The notes: a model not told the origin generated them from the letters alone. Shown: positions 13,135-27,216, counted from the first letter of the whole stretch. The stretch is 62,244 nucleotides of DNA, filler included, from Basidioascus undulatus (GCA_000826855.1; 16 parts of 16 records of this genome joined end to end with filler, not necessarily neighbours in it); one strand, 5' to 3'. Program-made: numbers and translations.

Positions 13135-14546
13135 GAAGAGTCGGTGTAGAGCTTTGCGGAGCGTGAAAGAGCGTGAGACTGCAGTACGCTAGAGTCAGCG
13201 CCGTGAGACTTTTCACTTGAATGGCGAACGGACGAGGTATCCAAATGTTGGAGAGAATAGTACTGTTGACGAGGGAAATCAGCCGGGCTCAAGAGTAACC
13301 TGCAGCGAGGCGAGCGTACCATCCGAGCCTTCTCCAGCTCCGCGTCGAGCCATTCCCCAGTGATGTTGTCCTGCTTGAGCGAGACCACCCTGCGCCCCGA
13401 CCTTCCCAGGCCCAGGGCGCCCGCCATAGTCGTTGCGGCCTTGACGAGCACGAGCGGGTCGGCCGGGCGCGGCGACTGCGTGTCCTCCTCGGAGGTCGAG
13501 GCGAACAGCGCCACGGTAGTGAGCGCGAGCACCGCAGAGTGCGAAGGTACGGGATTGAGGAGCACCCGACTCAGGTGGTCGCGCAGGACGTTCTGCAGGA
13601 GGTTGCGCGAGGCGGGAGGGAGACGCGAGGGGGCGTGTGAAGACGTGTAGATCGCGAAGAGGGCGGCGGTGTGCAGGAAGGCGTCGGAGGTGAGGTCGGT
13701 AGGGGTCGAGGGAAGATGTGGGATTAGTGGGAGGAGGTGTTCGGTGAATCTGAAAAGGTAAAACGTGATTGTCAGATTCGGCACCGCGTGTCTGGGACCT
13801 GTGCGCCTAACTTACGCCTCGAGGCCGTCCCAGGACGCCTGGGGCGTAACCGCGCCACACGAGACAGGCTGAGAGCCTCCCGTCCCAGCCGGTGCCCATG
13901 TAAGGACACGGGCGAACGTCGGCGGCGCGCCCCATGTCTGGTAGACGCTGCGGTCGTGGTGCCGCGTCAGGACAGCGGCGAGGTCGACGTTAGCCTCAGC
14001 CGGGCGCGGGGTTGGGGCGGCCAGCGCTGGGGGAGTTGCCGTGGCTAGGGGTGTGTTGACTATGGTGAGGTTGTTGGACGCCAGGATGGCCTCGACATGC
14101 GCGAGCCGCGCGCCGAGCGCGGAGTAGTCGCCGGCAGGCGAAGGGGACGGGGCGGAGGACGGCGTGCTGCTGGCATTATCAGCATATGGAAACAACCGCG
14201 ACTTAGTTGAGATTACTGACCGAGAAGCATCGACCAATGTGCTCGACGCAATCTGCGGCGCCACCGAAGGACCGGGCACCTCCTCCTCCTCGAACGAGCA
14301 CGGGCGAATGGACAAGACCGAGCAGCGATGGCACGGGTTCCCGCGCTGCCACTCATCTGCGAGCTCGCAGCGGGTTTTCAGTCGTTTACAAGCTGCCCTC
14401 CCCGGAAAACAACATAAGTAAGCGCGAAGATCGCTCGACGGGTGCCACGACTGGCGACGCGACTGACCCACGCATGCGCGTAGCGCTTTGGGACGCTTCA
14501 CGCCTGCCGGCATGCGCCCTTCGTTCGAGGGGCGCGAGCGCTTCAT
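13135..14546 (-). CDS. Zn(II)2Cys6 fungal transcription factor, N-terminal part (multi-exon)
   Basis: MKRSRPSNEG...ALRAC. Removing a GTCAGT...GGCAG intron gives CVACKRLKTRCELADEWQRGNPCHRCSVLSIRPC (six-Cys cluster), followed by a helical region (FTEHLLPLIPHL...FLHTAAL). Truncated by contig end. Confidence 0.88.
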
Positions 14547-15050
14547 TTGAATCGATTTTGAAGAGGTTCGAAGTGAGTATGAGGATGCGAGGTGCGAGGT
14601 GCGAGAGACCGTAATGTCAGTAGCGAGCAGCGGCGAAGATGAAGGGCGAAGGCAGTTGCCGCTCGGCTGCAGCTGGCAGGTGTGGGGGGGGGGCTGCGCA
14701 GCACTGAGCAAACTACACAGACCATCGCCATACGCCACCGGTTCACAGGACAATCGGCACATAGCAAGCGGTATGCATCTCTAAAACCCAGATGGAGAAC
14801 AGCGGATGACCAGAAAGGGCCGTCTTGCTTTAACAAAGACCGAAGAAAGGATCAGGTGTGCGGCATCTCCGGCGGAAGCACCGCTTTCGAAAAAGACTCG
14901 CGACCTCCTGCCCCAAGTCCCTAAGTCCGAGCGAGCGACAGCAGAGCTGCAGAAGCAGCGATAGGTAGCCGCACTGTACCGCATGAAAGTCAAGGCAGCA
15001 ATCCATTCCCTTTATTCAAAATTGTTCCCCTTTCTCGGGCCTTCCGCCTC

Positions 15051-15507
15051 TCAGCGCACCTGCCACCCCATTTGCTCATGGGTCCAGCCAAAGATGCGGT
15101 CTGCACCGCGAACGCCCTTGACGAGGCGGAGGTGCTTGCCCTCCTTGTTGTGCAAGTCATCGATCGTGCGCATCTCGTCCGAGGTGAGGTTAACGAGCTG
15201 TCGACGGTAACGCCTTAGCAACGTGAGGAGAAGGTGGTATAAGTAGGGAAGAACGCACAGTGATGTTGTCCCTAATCCGCTTAGGGTTACCAGACTTCGG
15301 CACAACAGCCGTCCCGCGCTGGACGCCCCAGCTGAGCAAAACCGTGCCCGTGCTGACCTTGTGGGCGTCCGCGATCGCGGAGATCGCGGAGTCGGAGAGG
15401 ATCGGGGAGTCGTACTGACCCAAAGGGGAGTACGCCGTGAGGAGGATGTTGTGCTCGCGGCAGAAGGAGAGGAGGTCGGGCTGGGGAAGGTAGGGGTGGA
15501 GCTCGAC
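15051..15507 (-). CDS. Aldo/keto reductase, C-terminal exons
   Basis: VELHPYLPQPDLLSFCREHNILLTAYSPLG...VLLSWGVQRGTAVVPKSGNPKRIRDNI, an intron, then LVNLTSDEMRTIDDL...GW. Classic AKR motifs. Confidence 0.92.
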
Positions 15508-15952
15508 CTGCCGGGGAGGGAAGTTGAGCGAGTTGGGGGAAGACAGGGAGGAGGAGAGGGCAAGGGGGGCGGTAGCGAGGTGGGGATGTACTGATGAGAG
15601 AGGACTGTAGGACGCTGGGGGCGGCCGTACTTGCGATGGTGGAGAACTATACNNNNNNNNNNNNNNNNNNNNNNNNNNNNNNNNNNNNNNNNNNNNTTAA
15701 TTAATTAANNNNNNNNNNNNNNNNNNNNNNNNNNNNNNNNNNNNNNNNNNNNAAAGGACCCTCCAGTCCACCTCGGGCGCGCAGGGGGGACGCCATCGTG
15801 CGAGATAGCGAGAACGAGTGGCGGGATGGCGAGGGCAAGGGAAAGAGAAGATCGCGGTCGTGAGACAAGAGCTGAAGGACGAGCCCGAAAAGTCGCGAGA
15901 CGCCGGGCCTGACGTCGGTCTTCCCCCTTCGAACCCGACCCCGCACAGCAGC

Positions 15953-17623
15953 ATGTCCTCGCCCGCACCCACACCGACACTTCTCACCGGCCACTCCGCT
16001 CCAATCGCGCACCTCGCAGCGCACCCCAGCAACCAACATATCCTGGCAACAGCGTCCGGTGCGCACCTCCCCTCCAGTCACTCCGTCCTGGTCTGACCGT
16101 GATCGGGGGACCAGAGGACGGCTCAGCGCGGATATGGGACCTCTCCGCGGGGCGAGCGGTCAAGGCTATTAGGGGGTTTGAGGAGGACGTGGTTAGCTGT
16201 GCGTGGGGGCGCGACGGCGGGGAGAGAGAAGAAGGAAGGTGGGGGACGCTGTTTCTCGCGAGTGGTCGATCGGTGCGTTTCTTCCTTACTCCCTCTCTTA
16301 CTCTCGCACTGCGTGCGTGAATTTATGATGGTGGATAGATCTACGCCTTCAACCCCTCCTTGTCCCCCCTCCCCCTCATCCCGCACTGCTCCGCGCGCAG
16401 CAGCTGGCCCGACCTCGCTGCAGACGATATCAACCTGGTCTGTCCATCCCCCTGCCCCCCCTCGTTCCTTCCCTTCCTCCCCCTTCCTTCCTCTCCCCTC
16501 TCTCCCGTTCCCCTTTCTCCCCGTCCTCCCTCCCTCCCCTTCTGTCCCTTGTCCTCTTCCCCCCCTTCCTTACCCTCTGCCGTTCCTCCCTCCATCCGGG
16601 CTGACGGACCCCCCCCCGCGCAGGGCCTCCCAGATCGCGATCAACGAAAAGGGCACGCATCTCGCCTGGTGCGATGACACCGGCGCAGTGGGCGTCAGTA
16701 CGTCCCCTTCTCCCTGCCTCTCTCCCTTCCCGTCTCCCCTCTTTTCCCATCTCCCTACCCTTCTTTCCTCTTCGTCACTCCCATCCCACTTCTTCCTCTC
16801 ACCCTATCGTCCCGCTAACTCGACCCGCACACAGTCAACCTCTCCACCTCCAAACCCCATCTCTTCCGGCGCAAACACAGCAACATTTCCGCGACCCTCA
16901 CATTCCGCCCAAACAGGCCTTGGGAAGTCCTCTCAGGCGGCTACGACTCCCACTCCATCCTCTGGGACTTCTCCCGCCTCTCTCCCATCTCCTCGCTCGA
17001 CCTCGCCTCACCATCCACATCCGCCCAGCAGCAGACGGACCCCAACGCATTCTCTATGTCGCCCCCGTTTGTGCTCTCCGTCGCGACGAGCGCAGATGGG
17101 CGGGCGCTCGCGCTCGGGGCGGGGGACGGGAGCGTTTGGGTCTCCCCTCAGGTGAAGGAGGGACAGGGGAAGGAAGAAGGAAAGGGGAAGAGGGAGAAGG
17201 AGAAGGGGAAGGGGGGGTTCGCGAGGTTGGAGGATGTAAGGAGGGTGGCCGGGGCGCATGAGGGGCCGGTGGTAGCTGTGTGAGTCTATTTGACTGCCCT
17301 TTACTTTTTCCGTTCTCAGTGGTAGCTGATAGACATCCTGGGCCAATCTGATGGGCAGCGCCTTCTCCCCCACCACCCTGCACCTCCTCACCGCCTCCCT
17401 CAACATCCTGCGGATCTGGCCGCTGCCCCTACCCACTCCCTCCGATCCTCCCACCCGGCCCGCACCGCCGCGCACTCTCACCCCCTCTCCCCTCTCCAAA
17501 ATAAACGCCCTCGCCATCACGCCCTCGCACCTAGTCGTTGGTGGGCTCACCGCCACAGGGCAGGGCGTCGCTGCCGTGTACCCCCTCGCTGAGCTTCTCG
17601 CACATAAAGAGGGGGAGCCATGA
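15953..17623 (+). CDS. WD40-repeat protein, WDR53-like (multi-exon)
   Basis: LTGHSAPIAHLAAHP...ILATAS|EDGSARIWDL; INQIAINEKGTHLAWCDDTG; KHSNISATLTFRPNRPWEVLSGGYDSTSILWDFSR; PPFVLSVA; AHEGPVVAV. The WDR53 assignment is from motif recall. Confidence 0.82.
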
Positions 17624-17766
17624 ACACTCTGCACCATGGAGAAGAGACCAAGAAACGAATGCAATGCTATGCCTAATGACCGGTTGTGGTGTGTGTACTC
17701 GTACAACGAAAGAGACCCTAGAAAAGAAAAGTGGTGACGCGCTATCCCTGCCCGAAAGCACGGTCA

Positions 17767-18115
17767 TTACGCAGCAGCGACAGTCGCTGTTGTTTGAGGG
17801 GACCGATTGAGTTAGTGGTGCGAAAGAGAAGAGAAGGAGAAAGGGGGAAGGGAGAAGGACGCACGGAAGCACTCGGCGAGCGTCTTGTTGTGCTTGTTTT
17901 GCGCGTGCTCCGTGAGCTGAGGGGCCTGGATTCCGACACTCTCTCCATCAGCATGCCGCACACATCCTTCCTCTCTCCTTCCGAAGAACGCACCTTCGCA
18001 GTGTTCATAAACGTCGCGCGGCAGGTCTGTTTCTCCCCTCACTGTCAGCCACATGACACCGCGATGTGCTCGAGGACGCAGAGGAGAGCGTACCTGGCAG
18101 ACGATGCTCAGCGAG
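17767..18115 (-). CDS. Small zinc-finger protein (DUF1909/At2g23090-like), C-terminal exons
   Basis: Three GT-AG introns join SLSIVCQ|TCRATFMNTAK|APQLTEHAQNKHNKTLAECF|PTVAAA*, giving CxxC...HxxxxH. The 5' exons lie beyond the contig end. Confidence 0.8.
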
Positions 18116-18476
18116 CTGTGCCGCCACGCACGTCAGTCCCGAGCCCGGCGTAGGAAGAGGGATCGGAGGAAACAAAAGAGGAAGAGGAGATGGGGGGTGA
18201 GGGAGGGAGGGAGGGAGAGGGGATGGTGGGATGGTGGTGGGATGGTGGGATGGTGGTGGGATGGTGNNNNNNNNNNNNNNNNNNNNNNNNNNNNNNNNNN
18301 NNNNNNNNNNTTAATTAATTAANNNNNNNNNNNNNNNNNNNNNNNNNNNNNNNNNNNNNNNNNNNNCCTCACTCCTCGTCCTCCTCTTCCTCATCGTCCT
18401 CATCTACATGCACCTCCTCCTCTTCTCCATTGCCTCTGACCCCCGAGGAGTGAGCTGATGAGTGATGCGCCACCAG

Positions 18477-18724
18477 ACCTCGCCAGCCTAAACACCGCCC
18501 CCTCCGAGCTGTCCTCCCTCGCAGTGCAGCGCGACCTCGCGTCCGCGTGGGGCGCGCTGGGCGGGCGGGGGGAGGTGCACGTCTTGCCGTCTATCGAGCA
18601 TGCGGTGCGGGTGGTCGAGTCCGCGTCGGAGGGGGAGGTGGACGTGCTGGTGACGGGGAGCTTGCACCTTGTGGGGGGCGTCGTGGAAGTTGCGGGGCTG
18701 GGGGAGGTGGCGCTAGGGTCTTAA
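18477..18724 (+). CDS. MET7: Folylpolyglutamate synthase (Met7-like), last exon
   Basis: LAVQRDLASAW...VHVLPSIEHAV...VDVLVTGSLHLVGG is the FPGS C-terminal signature; the exon follows a CAG acceptor. Confidence 0.88.
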
Positions 18725-19039
18725 ACGTTCGGGGGAGAAGAAGGAAAGAGGATTGATGAAGCTTCTTTGGTTTCGGGAACTCAGAGAGGAGAGGCTGCGC
18801 TGGGGTGTACTATAGAGGCATTGGGCGCGCGGGCTGCTAGTTTTAGCTGAGCGAACGTTTGCGGTTGCGGTTGCGGGTTCGATGCGGTATTGGTTTATGT
18901 GAGTGTTGGCGTGGGAGGAGAGACATCTTGAGGATGAAGGATGGAAGGAAAGCGATGACAACGCGACGGGTTGATTGATGATCGTCGAATGTCCGGCGCT
19001 GGTCCAGGACCAGGATGAGGGCGTTTGATGTGCGGCATG

Positions 19040-19630
19040 AGCAGGCCTGTATCGCCGGTCGAACGTATTAAAACGGAGGCGGCTCCGGCGGCCCGCGGAA
19101 CGGTTTCCCAGTTGTCGCATCGAGCCAAAGAGCGCCTGACGGTAAGGGATCAGGATGGAAGCGAACGGACATTCCCCAGGCAGGAAAGAAACCACATTCT
19201 CCATCCTTTTGTTGAAGATGTGTGTGAACTCAGACCCGCTCAGAGCCGGGCCGAGGGGGCAGTCGTCAGAGAGCCGTGATGGGGCTGACGAGGAGAAAAC
19301 GAGAACCTCGATGTGGTCCTCTTCGAACCCTCCGCCATGGGTGTCGCCTAAGAGGTCCTGGAGTACCGCGCGTGTGATCGATCAAGGCAGCAGGTAGCGA
19401 AGGAGTGCGTATCGCTTCTTGCTCGAAATCGAAAGCGCGGCAACAATCGCTGCCCCGCCGATCTCCTCGACACATAAGCCACGAGTAGGAGAGGCGGGAT
19501 CCACGCTTCCAGCGCAGAAGTTCCAGATAGCCTGGTAGCCCCTCAGATCAACGCCGACATGGGTTGATCTGCCGTCCTCACCTAGCATGGTGCGATCATC
19601 GACGTCCAAGGTGCGAACCTGGAATAGCAT
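19040..19630 (-). pseudogene. Possible decayed GNAT N-acetyltransferase
   Basis: Weak motif resemblance only (VRTLDVDDR...GYQAIW...VDPASPTRGLCVEE...SRLSDDC), broken across frames. Confidence 0.25.
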
Positions 19631-20977
19631 GACGCTATGTCGAGGTCGAATGGGTCAGGGAGAGGCAGCTGAGAGGGTGAGCGACAAAGGGCGTTTCTGG
19701 GAGAAGGGAGGAGGGGTTCAGGGGCTCTCAGCACCCATCGCGCTCCGCACCGTTCGCGTTCAGTTGAGCTTTTCGCACGTTCGGTTCCCAGCAGGCAGGT
19801 CCACCCCCTCAGATAATCCTACTTTTATGTTAGTTGATCATTTCCCTAGATATAACATCCGGCTATTAGAGCTGAGAGTGACGGCGGGACTACCGCGGCG
19901 ACTGTGCGACAGCTGCTTTCACGCCTGGTCGGCGTCGTTGTCGGAGCTTTAGGGAAGAGAAAGCTTAAGGCCCTGCCTGGTCTGTCTTTTGAACTATTCC
20001 AAAATTTCAGAGATAGCACCTTCCAGTCTTGCATCTTCGACGTTAGCAGAATACGAGCAGCCTTCACTGACTGCAGCTTGAGTGCGTGAACCCACGCGGT
20101 AGCTCGAGGCGGAACATAATGAACGGGGGAGGCTGGAGGTGCTGAGCGGAACTTGCAGGAGGCGGAGCGGATGGTGTGTGGTCTTCGGTTTGGCCCCGCG
20201 GATTGTGCTGACGACCTTGCGTTCGCCTACAGAACGCTGACTTGACGGCCCGAGTGGGAGAGCACACCGCGCTGAAGCAGCAGATTGGCGCGCTGTACAA
20301 CCGGATCTTCTCCGGTCCCTCCCCAGGTCGGTCGTCCCATTTGCCTCACTCTCAATCTCCACCTGCTCACCGCTCGCCGACCCCTTCGCGCAGTGTTTCC
20401 CCAAGAAGATCTGCTCGAATCCGCGCTGCATGCCGCCGACCTGGAGTACAGGGATGTGCAGGCTGCGCGGAGAGCCAGGCGGCCGACTTGCTCGCGCAGG
20501 CGGAGAGGACGATGCAGGCTTGCATAGGCAAGATGCGGGAGGTGGAGAGCCATAGCACGATGGGAGCAGACAACGCATGGCCTCCTCGTGTTTAGCTGAG
20601 CTGACCAAGCTGATTTCAATAGGAGTATCATGAGCGACGTGTTCTTCGACAATATCTTCACCGATCTTGGTATGTGTTCCTGTGGAAGCTTGCGCGGAAA
20701 CATCGATGCTGACAGACCGGCAGGATCGAGAGCCTTCCACGGTAGGCTTTGCAGTGCCTGCCGCGATGACCAGTCTCCAACTGTCCGGCTGGACTCACAG
20801 ACAAGATTCAAAACTCCATCCGAAACCTGCAGCAAGTCCACAACCTCGTTCGTTGATGCTTTCATGTTTCTTTGCCTNNNNNNNNNNNNNNNNNNNNNNN
20901 NNNNNNNNNNNNNNNNNNNNNTTAATTAATTAANNNNNNNNNNNNNNNNNNNNNNNNNNNNNNNNNNNNNNNNNNNN

Positions 20978-22165
20978 AGCCCGCCCTCCTCATCCCCATC
21001 CCCGCCGAGCGTGAGCTGCTCCCCCTCGCGCGGCAGCCCTCCGCGAACCCCGACTCGCCCGTCCCCGCACCCGCCGAAGCTCCCGACGCGCCCGCCCACG
21101 CGTCGCGTTGGGCCCCGCTGAAAGCCGTGCTCGACACGCTCGCGACGCCCGTGACGATCACCCTCCTCTTCGCGATCCCCATCTCGCTCGTCCAGCCACT
21201 CAAGGCGCTCTTTGTGGGCACGGAGGGCTGGACGGGCGGGCGCATGCCGAACGCTCCGGATGGGAGGCCGCCGTTGGCTTGGGTGCAGGAAGTACGTGAC
21301 AGTGATGGGGGGTGTGGTGCTTGAAAGAGATGCTGATTTTTGAGGCTGTGCGGACCACAGACCGCTTCGTTCGTCGGCGCCATCTGCGTACCCGGCGCGC
21401 TCATCCTCCTCGGCGCGTCGTTTGCGCGCCTGGAGATTCCGAGGCCGCTTAGCCGTTTACCATTAGGGGCTATCTGTGTACGTTAGACTTTTTGCATTGT
21501 CGCCGTCGTCGGGGCTGACACGAGCGGATGGGGCAGGCCATTACCATGACGAAGATGGTCATCCTCCCTGTCATTGGCGTCGTCTTCGTCCAGAGCTTGA
21601 CGAACCACTCGTCGCTGTATCCGAAGGAGGATAAGGGTGCTTGTTTCGCTCTCCCAGGTTTACGCTGAGGCTGACGTTCACCGATTCTGCGCAGTCCTAC
21701 GCTTCGTAGCGATGTTCTTGAGCGGATCGCCTGCTGCGTGAGTGGTTGTGGCCCATCTTGATCTGCCGCAATGCGTCGCTGAATGGGCCTCCTGTGCTTT
21801 CACCAGAGTTAACCAGCTTGTCATCACGTTCGTCTTCCTCGCCATTTCTCGGGACTTCTCATGAAGTCGCACATGTCTTCTTATTACCTCGTACATCACA
21901 GACAACTACATTCTCCCAACGGACGCGCTGATACTCTATCGGCGTTCCTTCTTGCGCAATGTGCGTCTTTCCGTCCAAGCTTGATCCCACAGACCCGCAG
22001 TTGACAATCTCGCGGCCGTTCAAACAGACGTATTCATGTTCATCAGTTCAGCGTAAGCTTACCTCGCAATTCTCCAAGCGACGCCCCCTCTCAGTGACGA
22101 AGATGCATGTCGGCTGGGATTACATCGATAGTGCGCTCGCAGCTGTCGCGCTCGCTTTGCAATAG
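20978..22165 (+). CDS. Auxin efflux carrier family (Mem_trans, PILS/ECM3-like) transporter, C-terminal part
   Basis: TPVTITLLFAIPISLVQPLKALFV...PDGRPPLAW|TASFVGAICVPGALILLGASFARL|KMVILPVIGV...|VLRFVAMFLSGSPAA|VNQLVIT...LSAFLLAQ|YVFMF across many short introns. Confidence 0.88.
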
Positions 22166-22562
22166 AATCTCGATCCTGGGACGGGATGGAGTTTCACCCT
22201 TTTCTCATCTTTGGTCTCGATCGGACGCTTCATTCGCAAGTGCATGTATTTCTCCCTCTTTCTGTAGCAGTGTCTCGCAGCATGTACCTTCCGTTTCTCT
22301 TCCTCACCTAGATTGACGGATGTCACTAACATTTTCATGCATCATACTCCCATGCCTTGTGCGGCTGTTGTTGAAAGAGGTTGCGGCGCCTGGAGAAACA
22401 AGAAAAAACAAAGGCGCAGACAGGCTCGCGAGGAAGACGTCCCGATGCGGGGACATCGGACCGAGCTCCGGAACAGCGACGCGATGGGACGTCTCGCTCC
22501 AACTCGCTCCCACTTGCCTTAGAACCACAACGCCGTCCTCGAACCTGACCGCTTACTTTACA

Positions 22563-23239
22563 ATGTCACTTCCTGTAGACGCCGCAACCGGCCTCCCAAC
22601 AATTCACCGCTTCGTCACGGCGCACGAGAGCGCCGCGCCGCACCGCGAGACGCACGCCATCTCGCATGCGGTGGAGACGACCCCGTTCTTGAACGGCGCG
22701 GGGCGGGAGGCAGGACTGTGGAGAGTTGAGGGAATACCGGTAGAGAAGGGGGATTTTCGGGAAGGGACCTTGTGCGCTTTCTGTTTCGCGTGTTTATCGC
22801 GACGGACTACTGAAAGGGCGAGGTGGGAGGACAGTAACGATCCGACGGCGCGGCAACATGCCGAGTTCATACCGCCTAACGGTGCAATAATGAGGATAAC
22901 GGAGCTGGCACCGCGTTCTGTTACGCCTATGCACCGCACACATTCGGTACGCTCTCATATGCCTTCCCGACTCTCTGGGTGACACGGGCTCGCTAAGCTG
23001 ACCGCAGATTTGATTGCCTACAGGTCGACGTCAACATCCTTCTGTCCGGCAGCGTTGTGCACGTACTAGCCTCGGGAGAGGAGCAGGTCCTCCGCGCTCC
23101 GGGAGACTCCGTTGTTCAGCGCGGGACGAACCACCGCTGGGACAACCGCACGGACGAGTGGGCGCGCTGGGCGAGCGTACTCGTCAGCGCGGAGGGCGTG
23201 AATGTCGGAGGGAAGGAGCTGCGTGCTGAGGGGTTGTAG
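22563..23239 (+). CDS. Cupin-domain protein
   Basis: IHRFVTAH...RITELAPRSVTPMHRTHS|VDVNILLSG...PGDSVVQRGTNHRWDNRT matches the fungal cupin_2 motifs MHRTxSxD and QRGTxHxWxN. Confidence 0.88.
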
Positions 23240-23784
23240 AGTTATAAATTTGGGTCGATGATGGACTTGGTAATTGTTATTTGTGAACTGGACCAATGGA
23301 CGTGTGAAGCAGGCGCATTGGGCTGCAGGGGGAGTGTCCTCATGAGGCGCTACATCTACAGGAGGACACTGTACTGACGGTTCTTCTTTCCATTGAGGCA
23401 ATACAGGATGCGCAGCGATATTTTCTTTCTGGACAACTGTACGATTGTGAAGTGGGCGTAAAGTCCGGGACTTGCAGATCGCAGCATCGCCTTCAGCGCC
23501 ACGACAGGCCCCCGACCTTGCGTCGCTTATCATCCGACTTCACATCGGTCCATTCTTACACCATCTGAAACTTTAAACAACATGCTGAAACGATACGCAG
23601 ACTCATGAAACTTGCAGAACCATGTACCCTGTAGCAGTGCAGCCAAGCGCACAATCACGTGAAAAACAGGCTCATTACCTACCCCGCACCGGCCGACCGG
23701 TTGCCAGAAATCGCCTCATTCAGTGCCTGCAACGCTTCTTGCGTCCAAACCGCGACCATCTTACGCGCCACCACCACCAAAACC

Positions 23785-24644
23785 ATGCCGCCACCGTCTA
23801 CGCCGCCACCGATCCCGCCCATAGCCTCAGCGTCAACGTCCGCCTCAGCGTCGACCCGATCGAGCCCCAAGACCCTTGGCGGTGTGGGCTGGGGACGGGA
23901 GCTCGATGCGCTGGGCGACGTCGATGTAGCCGCGCTGCGGCTTCCATCGCCGCTTCTCGACTTGGAGGTGGAGAGGAGAAGAAGTAGCAGGATCAGAGCG
24001 AAGGAAGGCGCGGGAGATGAGGAGGGAGACAGCGGCTGGGACTGCCACATCTGGTGCGTCTTCCTCCTATCTCTCCAAAATCAGGATCGAGGACCAACAA
24101 GGTGGGACGATACAGCTTTGAGCCCGCTTCTCACCCAGTCACCACCGACTGCGGACATCTCTTCTGCTGGCCCTGCCTATATACTGTGCGTCCCCACCGA
24201 TCCCTCTGCGCGGCGACTTCCGCAACCGACAGAACCCACCCTCGTCCAACAGTGGCTGAACCGACCGCCGCCTTCACCCGCCTACCCGGGCCTTACGATC
24301 AAAGCCCCGCCAGATACGAACGTCTGTCCCATATGCAAGCATCGCGCGCCCGGCGTGATTCCGCTCTACGCGCGCGGGCGGATGGGCGCGCTGCCCAAAG
24401 ACGTGCCTGAGCGCCCGAAGGCGGTTGCGACCGCGGCGCGGAAGGGCATGGCTGGGTCCAATCTATACGAGGCTGGATTGGGTGCCTCTCTTCGTTCCGA
24501 GAACGGTGAGTACACAGGACTTACACCGGCGGAGTCAGGGCTGACGCCTCCCGCGGCGCAGCGGTGCCAGAGGAGTTTTCAATCGTTCCCCGGTTGCTGT
24601 CTGTCCTGGCGCTGGCGGTGATATTGACGCTGCTATGCAGTTGA
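23785..24644 (+). CDS. RNF5/RNF185 (RMA1)-like membrane-anchored C3HC4 RING E3 ligase
   Basis: WDCHIC|FEPASHPVTTDCGHLFCWPCLYT|WL...CPICK...VIPLYARG, with a C-terminal hydrophobic anchor LLSVLALAVILTLLCS* in the last exon. Confidence 0.85.
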
Positions 24645-27216
24645 CTAGCCGACCCTTTCTATATCTTCGTTATGCTCGTCGATGAGGCCGACGCTTTCTT
24701 CGTTCCTTGATTCTCAGGCGACACTGTAGCTCCCTGTATCTCGGCATCATTTCGCACCATCTTCCCTTATCAATCTACTTTCCTTAACGAACATGTATTT
24801 CTGCTTGTACGAATTTTGGTGTTCTCTACGCTTCAAAGATGCCACGAGGCCACGATCTTCAAAACTCGGGCCTTCAAGTGTGCGCATACGGTACGACAAG
24901 CCGTGGACGATGCCATGGTCAAGTCACCTCAACGATTCTGGAGTCAAAGAGGTACATTAGTGTCTTATTTAATGGACCACTGCCTCCTGTTCGACGATCT
25001 ACGGGTGAGTCAAGTTGATAGGGTAGTGTGTAGCGCATGTTCGACTCAACGCGCATCTCCTTTTAGGCGCTCTGCAGCGTGTCAAGCTAAGTAAGTATTT
25101 GTGCTCTAGGGGTATGAAAAAATTTAGGGTTTTCAGACAAGCTTGGATCTGAGCAGTGCAGTGATTGATGACTCGCACATTGACACCGCATGAGACTGCT
25201 GGCAAAGCCGTTTCGATATTCATCGTGAGTCACAGCAGCGTATTTCAAGGGCAATTTTCTCTATTGCCGTGAAGAAGCTTTTGTTCAACTAGTCTTAGAG
25301 AGCGAGGCCTTGCACTGCGGACTGACAGAAAGTATTGCTGAAAAATACCGGACTGCAGAGCGGACGCTGCAGTCGTTAATCTACCAAAATAGGAAAGCTT
25401 CTTCATCGATAGGTGTGCTGCTCTCTTCTGCGGGACTCAACTGTACCCTCACCGCCTCGCGGTGGGCTACGCAGCGGCGCCCGTCGCAAAGCTGTGTGTG
25501 GATTGCCAAGATGCTGGCAGCTGACCGCGGAGCCTGGAGCTGCTGACCGGGGGATTTGCTGTGTCGAATATTTGCAGCCTCTCAGTTACAACCTTTCCGT
25601 CGTAGCATCTCGGTCCCACAAGGAAAGATATGAGAATGACAGAACGAAGTTGGTGCTGGCAGGGCGCTGGTACTGGACTATCGGTGATTCCTCAAGAAGA
25701 ACCATCCCGCCAGAATCTCGGCGTCTTCAAAACTCTTTACCCCATGGAGTCACTGACAAAATAGGCAGAAGGCTGCGACTGATTCCGTACAGAATTTGCG
25801 TCTGGTGGTTTCCGGCTGGCTGTGTTCAGGCGGTTCTGAGCGGCGGGCCGTTTTATGTTGGTTTTCTTAACTGACATCCTTCGTAGGATTGATATTTAGG
25901 TGCTCTTTCTTTCTAAAAGAATCTTCCTATGGCGTTGGCATTCTTATAAACTTCCTGGTTATGGTCTTCAAGCTCGCAGTTGCTGGAGTATTCGCACGTG
26001 AAGAACGAGCACCTTTCCTTCTCTTCTGTGACAAGAAGCATGTGAAATTTGGACCACGCGACAGAGCATCCATGACGGGTTTGCCCGCGGTTTTGGCGTC
26101 AAGTCGCGCAATGCCGCTGCAGTGCCGTCGTCGCAGCGTCGTTGCGCGACCACACACCGCGTGTGCCTTTGTTTGGTACGCCGCCGCGGCACGGGGTTTT
26201 GGACTCTCAGTAATCCTTTCCCTTCATTCGGGACACGTCGAATTTCAATGTCCTACAAGTTCCGGCCAGATTCACCAAAAGAGGTGTCGGTGAGTCGAAG
26301 CCTGTGATCCCCGGCTTTGTTTGGCTGGCGTCCTTGAGGCCTCGGTTTCGCAGCAGCGAATTGCCACCTCCTCAACTCCTTTGCCTTCCACCATCACCTC
26401 CCAGCCCATGACCGACCCTGTCCTCACTCATCTCGACTCATCCCCAACCCCACGCTGACGTCGTCCAAGTGCCAAACCACGACTCTACGCCTCGAGGCAC
26501 TCATCGTACGGCCGGCTACTGTCCTCGCGCTGTCTGTATTTGCCGGGCTGAATTATAATTTTTCCTTCCATTGTATCTCTATATTACAGCAAGCTCTCCA
26601 ACTGGGATGGAAAGGACGCCCAGCAACCGCCGCAGGTGGCTTCCAAAGCTGTACAGGTGCGTGCGAGGTGCAGGTTGCTGGGTGCAGGGTACGAGTTGCG
26701 GAGGTTGCTTAAGTGCGGGTTCCACCAGTGCTCTGAGCACACCCGACTCAGGGGTGTATTGGTGTTCGGGAGGGACGTGCATGATCTTCAACAAGGTGAG
26801 TAGGGCGATGCTGAAGCGGCAGTCTGACTTTCATCTTACGCACGCTCCACACTACAGCCGGCTGTACGGCGTTTTTTTCTAGGTCGAACACTCTAGAATG
26901 CCCTAGCTCATCGCTTAAGGTCTTCAGTTTGTGGACTACCTCCGACGAACCGAGCCCGCCCAGAAGAAGATTGTCCGCTGGGACACTTGGATTCGCTCCG
27001 CCTCCGTGAGTCCCTCTCGAGGCAATGAAGGTGCTCACCTAGCTCTGATCGTCGTCAATGGCTCTCAAATAGAACTATCACATCAAGAGCCGGCCGTGCG
27101 GCTGCGACTCGAACCGCTACATTCGCGGTCGCGAGGGCGAGACGGTCGTATACGGGCACCCGAAGATCACGAAGGGCAATCTTCCCGAGCCCCACGAGCT
27201 TGAGAAGCGTCCCGTC